This document shows positions 26,642 to 40,379 of a stretch of DNA of 64,000 nt, one piece after another (position 1 is the first letter of the stretch; each line of letters opens with the position of its first letter). The notes beneath the pieces are model-generated. The model saw only the letters and a program-made list of their open reading frames with translations. It ran no database searches and had not been told where the DNA came from. The stretch is from Lama guanicoe. Its lineage: Eukaryota. Position numbers and translations under genes: made by a program. Location: assembly GCA_013239625.1 (NCBI GenBank), contig MU054212.1, forward strand, positions 1,240,001-1,304,000, given 5' to 3'.

Positions 26642-27699
26642 TAAAATGTGCTTGGACTATATTTATATACTAGCTTGAGCACCAGTAGATGCACTTGCTT
26701 TTAATCTGGGAACCCTAATAAGCTTTTTAATTTCCCCCCATTCTGCACAGTGCACAACTAAGGGAAGGGAGATTATGTGGGTCACTTTCATCATCAATGA
26801 AATCCCCTAAAATTAACCTTTAAAGAGCGTCTGAAGAAGACTAGAGTCCTGCGATTATATTCACAGTGATGCAAATCCCTTTAGGTCCCCAATCTAGTAA
26901 AAGTAGTCCTGGGACAAAGGCTGAAACAGCTCTCTGGTCTTCACATTCAGGTTAAATGCCTACTCAATGGAAGCTGAGCTAACTTGCCGAAGTCATCAAT
27001 CCCCAGGGTGAAAATCAAACATTATTTGGACCAGAGATTAATTTTAGTGTGTCCTCAAACTGAAAAGAAAATTTATATTTAGATCTCCACATTCTAGCCT
27101 ACACATTACTCCACCAACACGCATTTTAAGCATTTTTCTCTTTTGCAAAAGATTCCTGCTAAGCAATGCAATGTCTTCTAAATCAAATGCCTTCATTCTG
27201 TCTTTGAACCTAATTAAAATTAAGAAACTTTTAGTAGCTTTAATAACTTCCAAAAACTGTAGAAGCCCTTCCCTACCCTCCTACCCAAATCCTTAATACT
27301 ACCCTCCCTCCAAATCCAGAAAAAAAAAAATCTGCACAACAGAAAACACAAAACAACTAGCCACATGCCATGAATGCTGGGGAACGTGATTCTCCACTGG
27401 TTTAGGCTACAAAGAAAGGCTATGAGTAATCAAAAATCTCTAATCAAAACAAAGTTAAAAGCCACCTCCCCAATCCCCAACCCCGGTATAATTTCCCTTT
27501 CTCTTCTCAATCAACTCAAGCATTTCTCCTTGGGTTTTGTTCTGTTGCTGTTGTTTTTAATTTTAGCGGCCTCTGAACAGCGGTGGTAAGTTCATCTCAA
27601 TGTCAGCCAGGGCAAAGACATGCAAAAAATCACTAACTTGGAAGGTTATTTAGGACAACAATGTCTTTCACTGCCTTACTCCTCCCACTCCGGCCCTAT

Positions 27700-28560
27700 C
27701 TGACCTACTACCAATATGCAGCCGAAAAAACTATCCGTCCACGGGCTTCCCCCCAGCGGCTCTTCCTGCAGGAACCCCGATGCAAACACAGCGGCCGGGC
27801 AGGCAGGGTCTCCCGGCTTCGCGCACCCCTCCACCCGCTGCACTCCGCTCCGCACACTCGCGTTCAACTATTCTTAGATCTACTACGTCCCTAGAGCTCG
27901 CCGGCCGCCCTCCCCCTTCCTTCCCAGGCGTCCTCGGTCGTCCCCGAGGCTGACCCGGCAGAGCCCCCGCGCGGGCACTCGCCCACCCACCTGGGCCGGG
28001 GCCGGGGCTCCCCGCCTGCGCGCTCCACCCGGCGCTCCTCGCGGCTCCCCAAGAATGCGCTCGGCCTGTTCCTCCGCCTCCCCTCCAGCGCAGCGGGGAG
28101 GTGCGACCCAGGGCGGCACCGCAAGGTCTCCCGAAGTCACCTTTGCGCAGCCTGCCCCCGGCTCCCGCCGAGGTCGAGCCGAGGCGCGGCCCAGGACTCC
28201 CGCGCCGCGCCCGGGGCCGCCAGAGGTCCGCGCTGGCCCCTCGGCCCGCACCGCCGCCCTCCCGGGCTCGCTGCCGGCAAATGGCCTGCAGCGGGCGGCT
28301 CCGCGGCTGCCGGCGGCGTCCGTCCTCCTCCCCGCCCCCTCCCCCGCCCGCGGCGCCCGCTCGGAGGCGCAGGTAGGGACCTGCGGGGGGCGGGCAGCAG
28401 GCCGGGGTTCTCGCGGCAGGCGGGCGGACAGGCGCTGCTACTCGCGCCCTGCCAGCACCCCGCCGAGGCGCCGGCCCGGTCCTGGAGCGGGCGCCGCGCT
28501 CCACCCCGTCCTGGAGACGCGGCCCTGGCAACTTTTAAATGGCCAGCCCGCCCCTCGGGA
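27700..28560 (-). promoter_or_regulatory. OSBPL1A: Intragenic CpG island; probable internal promoter and non-coding first exon of the short isoform ORP1S
   Basis: Very GC- and CpG-rich against an AT-rich background. Minus-strand GC box (28547-28554) followed by TATA-like ATTTAAAAG (28532-28540). Candidate donors AAG|GTGACT (GT at 28140-28139) and CAG|GTGGGT (GT at 27990-27989). OSBPL1A is known to make ORP1L and ORP1S from separate promoters. Confidence 0.8.
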
Positions 28561-29574
28561 AAAGCAGAGGGATCCTCTCTTCTGGAGCCTTCCCCCTCCA
28601 AAGTAACTGACACTCAGGCTTACACGGAAGAGTTAACGTTTCCGATTCCACGACAAAGACTGAGCTAATCTTCATCTATTTATTTTTTATACACTTCCTA
28701 GGCTACCATTTGAGCAATAAGGACAACAGTATGAATCTGAATCCTACAATGTGAAACTTACTCATATGAAATAGGTGGTTTCCTATTCTGGCCAGGCTTA
28801 AAGGGTACACAGAAGCTCAAAAGGACAGGTAAACCCAGCACATCAATACTATACTTAAGTGGGATGTTCAGGCTAATTAAAGTTCTAGTTAACTATGAGG
28901 TTCTGGTGAGGAAAAAACAACAAACCTGTTTATTCCAACTATAGTTTTTAGCCTAAGGCGTGTAAACCTGTCCTTGACTTTGGGAAGCAGAGTAAAACTG
29001 AACAGAATTGAGTATCTCTTTGGCAAGGTCCTCGGGGACTTTCAGTTCACCCTTCAAGCAGTGGTGGCTGTATTTGCACTACAGACATAAAATGTGCAAA
29101 AGATAAGATGGGGCTATATTCGAAAAAATTGGAATTAATGTCGGTGAGGTTTCATAAGGTCTTCGAAAAGTCAGTTTATTTTCTATTTAATTCTAAATTG
29201 GTGACTAAATATTACTATATTTTGAAAAGTCACATTTGGCACTAAAGAGGAGAACTTGCTGTAGACTCTTTCTCCCTGGGCCCTAAAAATTAGAGAATGA
29301 ATTCAGTTTAGAAAAGGAGTACTACACAGCAAAACAAAACAATGAACAACAAAGGCTACTTTGTTTCAGGAGGCAACTTACAAAGGCAATTTACAGAACA
29401 CCTAAAATGTGCCAGGCACCTTAGGGAAGAACTTCACATAAAATAATTCATGTGTATTCTCATTTTCAGATTTGGAAATGGCACTCTCAAACATGTATTA
29501 ATTTGCTCCAGGCTGAGATAGCAGAGTTAGGTCCGGCTTGGTCTGACCCAAAAGCTTGTGTTCTCTCCTTGGTA

Positions 29575-30560
29575 CATTCTTCATTCATTTATTCAAGCAT
29601 TTATTAACTGTCTAGTACATGCCAAGCACTATGCTAGACACAGATGCTACAAAAATACGATACTTAAGGAGCTTCGGTTAAGTAAATATATCATCAGATA
29701 AGTAAACACATAATGATACAATGTCAGAAGCACTACACCACCAAGGAACCTCTAGAACAGGAGGAGGGACATCTAACTCAGTTTTGAAGGGTGGAACCTG
29801 GGACTGGGAAATGGCAGCAATCATCTATCCAACAGAGCAATCCTGAGAACTTTAACAGAGTGGCAATGAGGAATCTGTGTGTTGGGCTTGAGGAAAGGGA
29901 GTGAAGGGAGACAGAAAACTGAGATGCAGGAAGTAAAAAGGACAGGACTTGCCTAAGGGTGGGGATGAGGAAGAAGAAAGAACCAGAGACAGCTCTCATG
30001 TTTCCGGCTTGAATTACTGAACAGGTGTTAATTTTATCTTTGACTTGAATCGATAACTCAGTTTTAGGCATATTGGTCTTGAAATGCCTCTGATATATCC
30101 ATATGTAAATGTCCAAAAGGCAACTGGATATACTGGTTCATAGCTCAGGAGAAATCCAAGGTGGAGATATCTGAATCATCATGGATTTCTGGTTGAAGGA
30201 GTGGGTGAGATCATCCGGGAAGATGCTGAGCGAGAAGCCACCCACGGAAACTTAGGGATACTAAGATGCAAAGCACAGGCAAAAGAAAGGATGCTTTAGA
30301 AGAAGACTGAGGAGGAGTTGCTATAAAGGAAAGAGAAGCCACATACAGTAGGCACCATGGAAATCAGAGAAGCATTCCAAAAAGCAAGCAGTAGTCAACT
30401 GCCAGACCCTTCAGAGGACAAGTGAGATAGCTGAAAGGTATTCTCTGACTTGGCGACAAAGAGATATTGACAAGAGTGGTTTCCAGTGGACCAGGTGAGG
30501 AATGAAGCAGAAACAGAAGGTATCAGACTTTCAAAAGTGGAATTGGAAAGGGATGTAGGG
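29575..30560 (-). mobile_element. L2 LINE remnant including the 3' end
   Basis: ttcattcatttattcaagcatttatt ... catgccaagcactatgctag; gtttccggcttgaattactg; gacaagagtggtttccagtgg. Confidence 0.7.
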
Positions 30561-33500
30561 AGACAGAGAAGCTATAAGGGAGCAGAGAACTTCAAAGAAG
30601 AGAGTAGGTGTTTTTGAAGCAAGATAGGAGACGGAAGATAAAAAGTGGAATGAGGGAGTGGTAGGGAGTTGGTAGCACATGCAATGATTGCCTACTGTTT
30701 AACAAAGAATTTTGCTCCGAGAAGAGACAGAGAAGGGTGAAGGCCTGAAAGATACAAACATTACAAATGAAAGAGATAAGGATTAAAGGACTCTGAATAG
30801 CACAGGAAGCTAAACGAATATCAGAACCATGGAGTTATGAGCCCGCATGAGGGTATGAATTCTCTCCAAAGGCTTTAGCATCTGGTCTAGAGTAGCAGTA
30901 CCTTTGGTTGGATCCAGCTGAGCGTCTGAATAGTTTCACCACACCACGAACTTGGCATCACTGTCACCCCAGCCATACATCTGGGTTACACCTCTTTGAG
31001 TAGTCAGCAGGTTTAACATGAACATATAAAATATTTTGTAAGTGAGCTTACACTAAGAACTGGTTTGACTAATGTAAAAGGGAGCTCAGGAATACACAGA
31101 AGCGGCCGGGGACCAATGACGACTTCAGAGTAACACTGTAACCACTTCTGATACCACCTCTTGGTGAGGAAAACTACAGAAACAATAATTCATGAAACCA
31201 GTTTTTAGCCTTTTGAATGAAACTCTCAAGAAGATTAAAGAAAAATCACAGCCTTCACATTCCGTTTCCTGAGTACATCACTTTAAAAACACCTAGTAAG
31301 GTGCCCTTTAGTAAATCAGTCACATGTTTTACAGCTAATTTCATATACTGCAGTTTTTTTCCCCCGACAACATAAGCGGTGAGCTTTACTTCAAGTAAAA
31401 AATGCCTACATGAGGCCTCATTTATGTAGACGTCATGTGGATACCTTGAGGACACAGGCCGTATCAGAGCACCCCTAAGAAGCAAAGAGCACCCATGTAC
31501 TGCAGAACCAGAAGGCCCCAGGTCCGGGCACGAAGGCCTGTACTCATTGTCAGCCTCTAAGTTTCTCGCCCAGGGCCAGTTTACTCTTAACTCTGGACAT
31601 CAAGTTTGGTGACTGGTTTTCTTTTTAACAAACAGGAAATCAGAAAAAGTAAGTCAGAAGGAGTCAGTGTATCGCTGCTAGAGACAGGCACCCAGCTGAT
31701 CTAAAACTCAAGAGAGAAAAAAAATTTTTTTAAACCCATAAAGAGCAAAAAGGAATTCGAGAAGCATTAGAGGACTGGGCCATTTAATTAAAACACAGGG
31801 TCCTGTCAACATTATCCCCGGAAGGCATCTCTTTCTTAAGGCACAGAGTAATTATGAACATACAAAAGGACAATCAGGAGGCACCCAGAAAAGATGCATT
31901 CACTGGGAAAATTTTAATTTAAGAAGGAAATGTGTAACATTTAGAGTAACTGTCCTCAAAAAAGATTAGACTAAAAAGAGTTTTGCTGCTGTGGGGGCTG
32001 GGGTCCCTATTTCCTGCTAGGTACTATACAAAGTGTTTTACCAATTTGATCTCATTTACTCCTCAAAACACTCACTTTTGGTTGGTCACCACTTTAAAAG
32101 GGAGACTGCACTTTAAAACTGAAGTGAAGACAGATTAAACAGCAGAGCCAGGAATTGGACCCAAGTCTATGTGAGTTCAAAGCTCATCATTGCTCTTTTA
32201 ATAAAATGTCCAGATAATGAAAATATAATTTATGATGCCAGATAAATAAGGAATTACAGTGCATAATTATTCCACTCTGACCTCTATTAAGTTATTAAAT
32301 TCCTATGTTATCATTCTTAGCCATTTGATAAGACCAATGTCAACGATGCCATTTATCTTTCAAATATTTTTTAGGCCTTCTCATTGTCTATAACCATTCT
32401 TCTCATAAGGACATTCATGGATTTCTACTAAAGGCCCCACAGAGTTGATATTTCATAGAATTACTGAAAAGAAATTCTGAGGACACTCTAAATGTTTGAT
32501 GCAATAAATGTCATTTACTAAATGAATACTTTGTGCCCTTGTGATATGCTAATATGCTCTATATGCATATTATTCATCCATATACATCTGATCTCCACAC
32601 TCAACATTGAGGTGTTTATATATTTTCATTTTACAGTTTATGTATTTTCATTTAACCAAGGTCCCACAATTGGTTAGGGAGAGACTGAGATTTAAGAGGT
32701 CCATTAGATTTCCAGACCAGTGCTCTTAAGGACTTTCTACATGGTTTCTTACTTGAAAGATGACGATATCAAAGTTCAGAGAACTTAAGTAGCCCATCAT
32801 CACTTAAACAGTAATATGGGTAATAAGGATGGAAACACAGCGTAACCATTCTGCAAACAGTCAAATATTTTCTTTAGACAACACTATCTCCTCCCAAAAC
32901 AAGATAAAACCAATGTTAAAGACAGAGAAGCTCCAAGATAGCAACAGAGAAAAGAAGAGGGGTCACAAGTGTTAGCCTTCCACGATACCAACTGCTGACT
33001 TACACTCAGGGCTTACTGCGTGTCAGGAACTACCCTAAGCATTTTGCTTACAATTATTTAATCCTCAAGACAAATTTAAAAGGCTTAAAGAGGTTAATTA
33101 GACTAAACTTAAGGCTAATATTCTTGCACATTTAAATTTTCACATAGAGATGATTACCTAGACTATTTTTTTTAATAGGTTAAAAATTAGGATACGTTGG
33201 CTTCTTCAGAAATTACATTACTTGTAATCTAGTGTTCACCTTAAAACTATACATCCCTAGAAATAAAGTGCTATCAGTACATTCATCAGGTACCACATAA
33301 GAGACGTGAATGTAGTTTTAGAATGTTGTAAATATTACCTGGATCTCATCACATCATAATTTGCTCTGTTCTGCAATGCTACCATCCTATTTGGATTTAT
33401 TTAGGTCGCTAAATCATTCCTCATTTAAATAAGCTAGAATATGAAATTTGCAAACCACCAAAAATAGAAATGCTGAGAAGGGATGTTTTCAACTACTATT

Positions 33501-34372
33501 AAGGGACTCAAACATTTAAAATGTTGAATGAATAATTATGTTTTCCTGTGGTATTTAATAGAATTCTGCTGAAAGACTTTCTGTAAGTTTGTTTGAAATG
33601 AATTCAGATTATTGTTACAGATTTTTCTTATTCTCCAAATAAATAATTATGGAATTTATGGCATACATAATAAACACAACATTTTAAAATTTTTCATATG
33701 AATTCACAAGACTTCTATTTTAATCATGGGAAAATACATATAAGAGAAACACACATAAAAGCATTTTCATCTATTTTGTTTTACCAAAACTTAATCTCTA
33801 ACCAGAAGGCACAAATCAATTGTAATGAGAATAAGAAATTCAGTGTCTTAATCTAAAATGTTGACAATTAAACATACATGTAGGCATTAAAATGGAAAAG
33901 CCAAGCCTATTGCCACCTGGTTTGCATGGAAATGGGAGGAGAAAACACAAAAAAGAAAAATCCTAATCCAAGAAGCCGAAACACATCTTTACAACTTTTC
34001 AGTCCCTAGAAAAAGAGTTACTAATGGATAAGCGCACCACTTTCACTCAGATTTGAAATAGCAAAGGGCAAATTTTCGAATGCGAGAGAGCAAGCTACAA
34101 AGAGCACAAAAAATATTTAATCCATTAAGCTCAGTTCATGTAAGTTAAGTATGACAGCAATCTATTTTCCAAATAAAAGCATGTATTCTTCATATAGAGA
34201 CCTCTGGGTTCTAGAACATTTTCTTATTCCCCTTATTGAAATGTTGTAAACAACCCTGAGTACAATAACTTTAAATATACTTGCTCAATATGGGTACATA
34301 AACAAATTAGATGATATGATCAGAACTTATTTCAGAATCATCCTGCTTAAATCAAGAATAAAATAAGTTCTT

Positions 34373-34581
34373 AAACAACAAGGACCTATTGTAGAGCACA
34401 GGGAACTATATTCACTTACTTGTAATGAGCTGCAATGGAAAAGAATCTGAAAAAATATGTATATATGTGTGTGTGTGTGTATGTATATATATATAACTGA
34501 ATCACTTCACTGTACACCTGAAACTAACATTGTAAATCTACTACACTTTGATAAAAAAAAAAAGAAAATAAATAAATAAAT
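34373..34581 (+). mobile_element. L1 3' UTR fragment with an internal (TG)n/(TA)n microsatellite
   Basis: aacaacaaggacctattgtagagcacagggaact ... A-rich tail; imperfect TSD aaataagttct / aaatatgttct. Confidence 0.85.
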
Positions 34582-34746
34582 ATGTTCTAAATTTGGTGGA
34601 AAATTAAGCTTTTGTTTCCTTTATTAACTCTATTTTCTCCTACCTTTGGACAATTTGAAAGCAATGATGTGTTGGATGATCAAGTATTATTTATTTTAAA
34701 TAACTGAAAAACAATCATTTAAAAAATTCAATTCCAAACTACCTAC

Positions 34747-34853
34747 CCCTTCTTGTTTAGTGAAGAGATTAAGGCAATCACTCAAAGCTTCACAAGTTTC
34801 TCTAGAAGCTTCAGAGACAACTTCAACCTTCTGTAGAAATGATGGAAGCATTT
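34747..34853 (-). CDS. OSBPL1A: OSBPL1A exon 15 (107 nt): (E)MLPSFLQKVEVVSEASRETCEALSDCLNLFTKQEG
   Basis: Acceptor tttatag|AAATG; donor GGG|gtaggt; ends in phase 0. Confidence 0.96.
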
Positions 34854-37800
34854 CTATAAATAAAAAAAATAAATAAAATGAGCGGATTTTAAGTAATCTT
34901 AAATGAAGTCCATAAACACATTTTTACATCTACTAATATCATGTTTTCTTCTAGCTGCCTTAAGAAAGCATACAGTACCTTCCTTGGGCATCATTATTAA
35001 GCATCTATTGTATGCAGGGCACATAAATTAGTACATAAAAAGGACAAAGCCTTGACCTAGAAAAGGCTACATCCTAAAAGAGCCAGGACTAAAAAGAAAA
35101 GGTTTACAGGAATAAGTAATAAAATGTTTAAGGAAAGCAGCTGTCAAGAAGGACTGATATCACCACTTAAAAAATATTAACATTTCCTTCCATGATATAT
35201 TCTATACTAGATAAATAATTTTATTCAAAGGCAAAGTGCTAAAAAGAGACAACGATAACTGTAGTTGACATGATGGCCAATGTACCTGGAGGCGGCATTA
35301 ACTCAACTTTCTCTGCTTCTTATTTGGATAAATGTTTGGCATAAATAGGTCTCTCAGTCACAAAAATACGTCCCTGTTGAGGTCTAGTGTCTTTCAATGT
35401 ATGTTTAAGTTAGGAAAATAAATGATACTATCAGTATCTTCCATGGACCCCTAAAGAAAATCTTAATCCACTTTATTTAAAAAAAAAAAAGAAGAAGAAG
35501 TAACAGAATGTTGGCAAGAGAAAGCTGCAAAATGCACACACATCACTTAAAAAATCAAGTGAAAGGTCATGTCCCGTCCAGATTAATGTGAGAAAAATGT
35601 ACTTAGTTGAAATAATTTGTGATTTTATTGATTATACATTAGGATCCTTTAAATTGGTCCCTTCCATCAAATAAAAATCAGTAACATTAAGCTTTTTATG
35701 AAAAAAACAAATGGAGAAAGACAATCAAATCTGTAGCCTCCTCTGTATTTTAAATAATCTTGATTTACTTAAACACTGTTCTTAAAACATAATAAACAAG
35801 GTCAACAAGCAAGAGGAATCAAATAAATCCAAATGTCAGTAATTTGTAATTATTAGGCCCTAAAACAGTGGGTCCCACCAAGAAACAAAAATTTTCAAAC
35901 GGGAAAGGAAAAGAATAAAGTCTACAGAGAACATATGACAAATTATCTAGCCATTATTTCTACATGATAAAATTGTATTATGCTGCTGTTCTTTTTTAAA
36001 TTTTCCAAATTTTTTATTTGAATGTGATTTATTTTAGCAAAGACATGTCCTTTTCTTGGAAAACTTCAATTCTCAAAACTCATAAGGCAAAAGTGGGCAA
36101 CAAAAGGAAAAGGTCAGAGTAAACGAACGTATGAACAATCTTTCATTAATATCTGGACATAAAGAACAAATGACATTTTCTCATATTTTTCATCTTAGGG
36201 AATACAGTTTCCCAGTGTTAGGGATCCTTAATAACACCCAAATAATTGAAAGCTATGATATTCTAAAATAAACTTGACTTCATTTTTTCTTTTTGAATCT
36301 TTGTTACACATTGTGAGGATTTATTCTGTACTTAGTTGCTAAATAGCAAAAGAGAGTACCATATGCTGGATGCCATATGACTTAAACAGTACCTCAGCAG
36401 ATGCCTTACACAGAGCTGCAGCCCGGGGACCGCAAGGAGATGCACAAGAAAAAACAGACACAGCCGCTGCCTTCCATCGACTATCGGGGTAATCTAGTCA
36501 TTTTACACTTTCATAGCACAGAGGATAGGAGATGGAAGCACAGCCATTCATGGATGTGTTTCTTTTATTAAACGCCATCACATGCTAAACCATCTCCAAT
36601 TCTGTCTCTGTTTTAGATATTTCACACTTAAGATACATGTTGATGAGCATAAATATTAAATGGCAAAATAAATTTTTAGGAGCACAAGTTTTTAAAACAA
36701 AACTGATGCTGCAAGCTTTCCAAAGATATTCCAAGAAATATATGTTAAGACAAATTGTTATAAGAATCCATTACTAACAGAGTGTCAAATTATTCTGTCC
36801 AAAACAGAGTCAAAAGTTACCTAACTTCTCAGACAATCCAATGTTCAAACAAGATTTTGGAATGAATATTAACTTGCACAATGGGATGGTGTAAGAAGTA
36901 TGGACTTTGGCAGATACTCTGGTGCAGTGCAGCTGATCAGGGCCAGTCAGTTCACACCGGCATGTTTCTTATACAGTGAAGTCTACATACAGTTACGTAA
37001 AAAAAACTGCTAAGCTTCTAGAAAAGTTATCACCTGGGAATCACTGTAAATATGTTTTAGCCAATTAATATTTGGAAGCTACACTGTAATAAATAAATGC
37101 AAAAAGAATCAGGCACTAAATTTTGAAGAAAAAAGTTATTTTTTATACTAAAAATATTGTTGAGCTCAGGAAAGATGCTGGAAGATATGTGAAAAGCTTA
37201 ACTTTAGAGACATGTATAAAAAGCTCACAATCTGTCGTTTTCATGATAAACACTGTAAAATTTTTAATTGGGTAAGTTTTAAACCTAGTGGGGAAGTACT
37301 TGTTTCTTGTTAACAAACTAAACCCTAATACAGAAAACCTCCATTGTGCTAATACAGAAACAGTCCATACTCCTTAGACTTAACAGTTTAAGTTGCTTCA
37401 TAAACAGTTTCGGTCAGAATCTTTTCCTGGAAATATTTGTTTTCCTAGAAATATTATTCTAGTTTACTGCTCTGAAGCCTTTGTTAAACATGTTCCCTCT
37501 TCCATGAATACTGGAAATCATAATTATTCATATTCAGAAGTTTCCCCATTTAACCAAAACATTCTTCCCCTCCAAGGCCAAGTTCAAATGCCATCCTCCC
37601 CAAGAAGCCTGCCTTAATCATCACTGTGGGATATGACCTCTCCTATTGGACTCCAAAAGCAGCCACGTTCCCTGTAACAGAGAACATAATCACTGAACGT
37701 GTGCTGAACCTCTGCTGTCCTCTGTCAACTCCGATCCTCCTTACCCCGAAAATGCCCTGCACTGAACTTTGTACAAAGACCCAAATATTAAAAGAATAAA

Positions 37801-39914
37801 GAAAATATTTGATACCATTGGCTTGCATAAAAAACCCACATGGTTTTGGATTATTTAATTTCACATCGGAAGAATTATTGTATTTTAGTTTTAAAAGATT
37901 ATATTTTCATTTCTATGACTACAGGTTGGCTAGTTACAGTAGATTGATAGATCATTTAAAACTGTTTTCTTATTTGAGGTACAAGAAAATATATTTTGCC
38001 TGTTTTTCAACATTTACTCAAATATTTCTATCACTGGGGACAAAATATTTAAAAAAAAACTGGATGAATGGCATTTTGTTTCCTTACCCAAGTCCTTCTG
38101 GGAACAGTGCTGCCTTAAATGTTTTTTTCTTTTTAAAGTAAACACAGTGGAGAGAATAAACATTCCCCCAAACTAATGATAAAGCCGAAGGTCAGAGGAA
38201 ATAAAAAATCTTCAAAATAAGACAATTTCTCTTTTGCGGTTAAAAAAAAGTGCAATGCATCTGACTATGTAACTGAGAGACACGACTAACCTGCATGAGA
38301 AGAGGTATTTTTAAAACAGATTCACACACAATTGGAATTAGATAGATGCCTCGAGGAAATCTGTACTCTCTCCTCAAAGTGGAGGAAAATATCTGCACAT
38401 AAAAATCAACTGTTCTTCTAAAACCTACTCCATGAAGCTGTCACTTGGGGAAAAAAAAATCAAGATTGGTAACATTATATAAGTGTAAGAATATAAATTT
38501 ATCTATTTCTTATTCAAATTAAGATGACTAGCTTTTCAAACAGTCACCCTCAAAACCAGGACCACTGACAATTCTATGTATATATCTACGTCTGCATTAC
38601 CTACGCTAGATGCAACGGGAAGTATAAAATATATAGTTCAAAACAGCAAGTGTTAAATGAATTAAAGCATGAGTTAAATAAGAATAAAAAAGATAATATC
38701 AGGGATATTATAAAATATAAATAGCAAAGTAATTGTGCATACATTAAAATGTTAAATATTTGGAGAAAAGAGCTACCATTATGGGATGGAGTAATCAAAT
38801 GGAGTTTGGTAAAAGAAATGGGACTTGAGTCAGATCTTGAAGAATAAGTAGTTTCTTATTGCTAAATACAATGCCCAGTAAGACAAAAATATACTATCTG
38901 TAACTATATATTAGCACAGAAAATACTGGTCCTCAGAGGACGACAGCCTCAGAATTACAATCAATGATTAACTCGAGAGATGAGAAGATCTGCATGTACC
39001 TCGTACTGACTGGCTACCATGTAGTAGGCACTACGCTTGGTGCTGGAGATAAAAGCTTATGTAATGAACTGAGAAACAGCTTTTGTCCTATAAAACTTGC
39101 AGTCTAGCAAAGAAAATAGAAAATCAAATAATCACTATTGAATTAACAGTATTGATCAGAGGGAGTCTTTGGAATAGTAGGAGGGAAAGCATGTATTTGT
39201 TGGAAAAAAAGAAAATGAATTATGTTTTAAAATGTAGACACAAGAATACCAGTTCAGGAGACCTTTTGGGGTCAAAACAGGGAAGAAGCTAGCAGAGCTG
39301 TGTAATGTGTTCTGCATTTTTTTGCAAATAAGAGTGAAGGGAGGCAATGAGGAAGATAAAATCTCCATCAAATGCTATAACTGGATTTGCATCACTCCTG
39401 ATTGTCTAGTCCTGGCAACAGGCTCCTCACCTTAGGGTACTAATCTTCTGAGAAAAACCAATCAACAAAGTAAAGGATGGAGGTAGTGACAGAGTCGCAT
39501 GTAACCTGGGGGAGCTCCGCCTCCAAGAAGGTCAGGAGACCAGGGCTGGTAGGCGCTGTGCCCCAGTGAATAAGGTCAAGCCTGAGAGAATTTGATGTTT
39601 TCTCCTACAGACTTTGGATGAAATAAACGGAAGTAATAAATCACTTAGTTTCATAACCACTTTGTCTCATCTGACTCCACGATCTGGTTGCCTGAAAGGA
39701 AGCCTAGATCCAGGACAGAAGCTCCGTCTCCAGCGCCCTGGATCACAGGCCTGGGCTGTTGGGACTGTCGACTGTCGTGGCCTGTCTTCCTGCCCCTTCT
39801 AAGACCCAAGGAGGCTGGGTCTGCCCAGAGGGGAAACGGAAGCAGAAAAGAGTTGCATTAAAGAGGGTTAGTGCCACCACAGGGAAAGTGCAGGCTGATT
39901 TGGAAACACACAGT

Positions 39915-39953
39915 AAGAATGATACCCTAATTCGTGAAGTGTTCCACATTTTT
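39915..39953 (+). pseudogene. U6 snRNA pseudogene fragment (3' 39 nt) fused to an L1 3' end
   Basis: AAGAATGATACCCTAATTCGTGAAGTGTTCCACATTTTT versus U6 3' end AAGGATGACACGCAAATTCGTGAAGCGTTCCATATTTTT: 33/39 identical, ungapped, including the terminal T5. Confidence 0.85.
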
Positions 39954-40322
39954 GAAAGACAAATATCATATGATATCACTTATGTGGAATCTAAAAAAAA
40001 ATGGTACAAGTGAACTTATTTACAAACTGGAAATAGACTCTCAGATGCAGAAACAAACTATGGTTACCAAGGAGAAAGGGGTGGGGGGAGGGATAAATTA
40101 GGATTTGGAGATTAACATATACACACTACTAAATATAAAATGAACAACAAGGACCTACTGTATAGCACAGGGAACTGTATTCAATATCTTATAATAACCT
40201 ATAATGGAAAAGAATCTAAAAAAGAATATATATGTATACATATAACTGAATCACTTTGCTGTAACCTGAAATTAACATTGTAAATCAACTATACTTCAAT
40301 CAAAAAAAGAAAAAGAAAAAAG
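39954..40322 (+). mobile_element. L1 3' end (end of ORF2, 3' UTR, A-rich tail)
   Basis: gaaagacaaatatcatatgatatcacttatgtggaatcta ... tatagcacagggaact ... tatacttcaat followed by an A-rich tail. Confidence 0.88.
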
Positions 40323-40379
40323 AATACCTAGGCAAGTGTTAGAGAAGCCAAGAAGTTTCTAGAAGCTTCATTTAAATGA

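Noticed and set aside
27731..28613. Long overlapping ORFs (266, 183, 158, 122 aa) on both strands
   Set aside because: Low-complexity Arg/Gly/Ala/Pro translations expected from stop-codon scarcity in a CpG island; no recognisable domain.
33339..33386. 48-nt AG...CAG|GTAAT exon-like segment in intron 15
   Set aside because: No polypyrimidine tract and an in-frame TGA.
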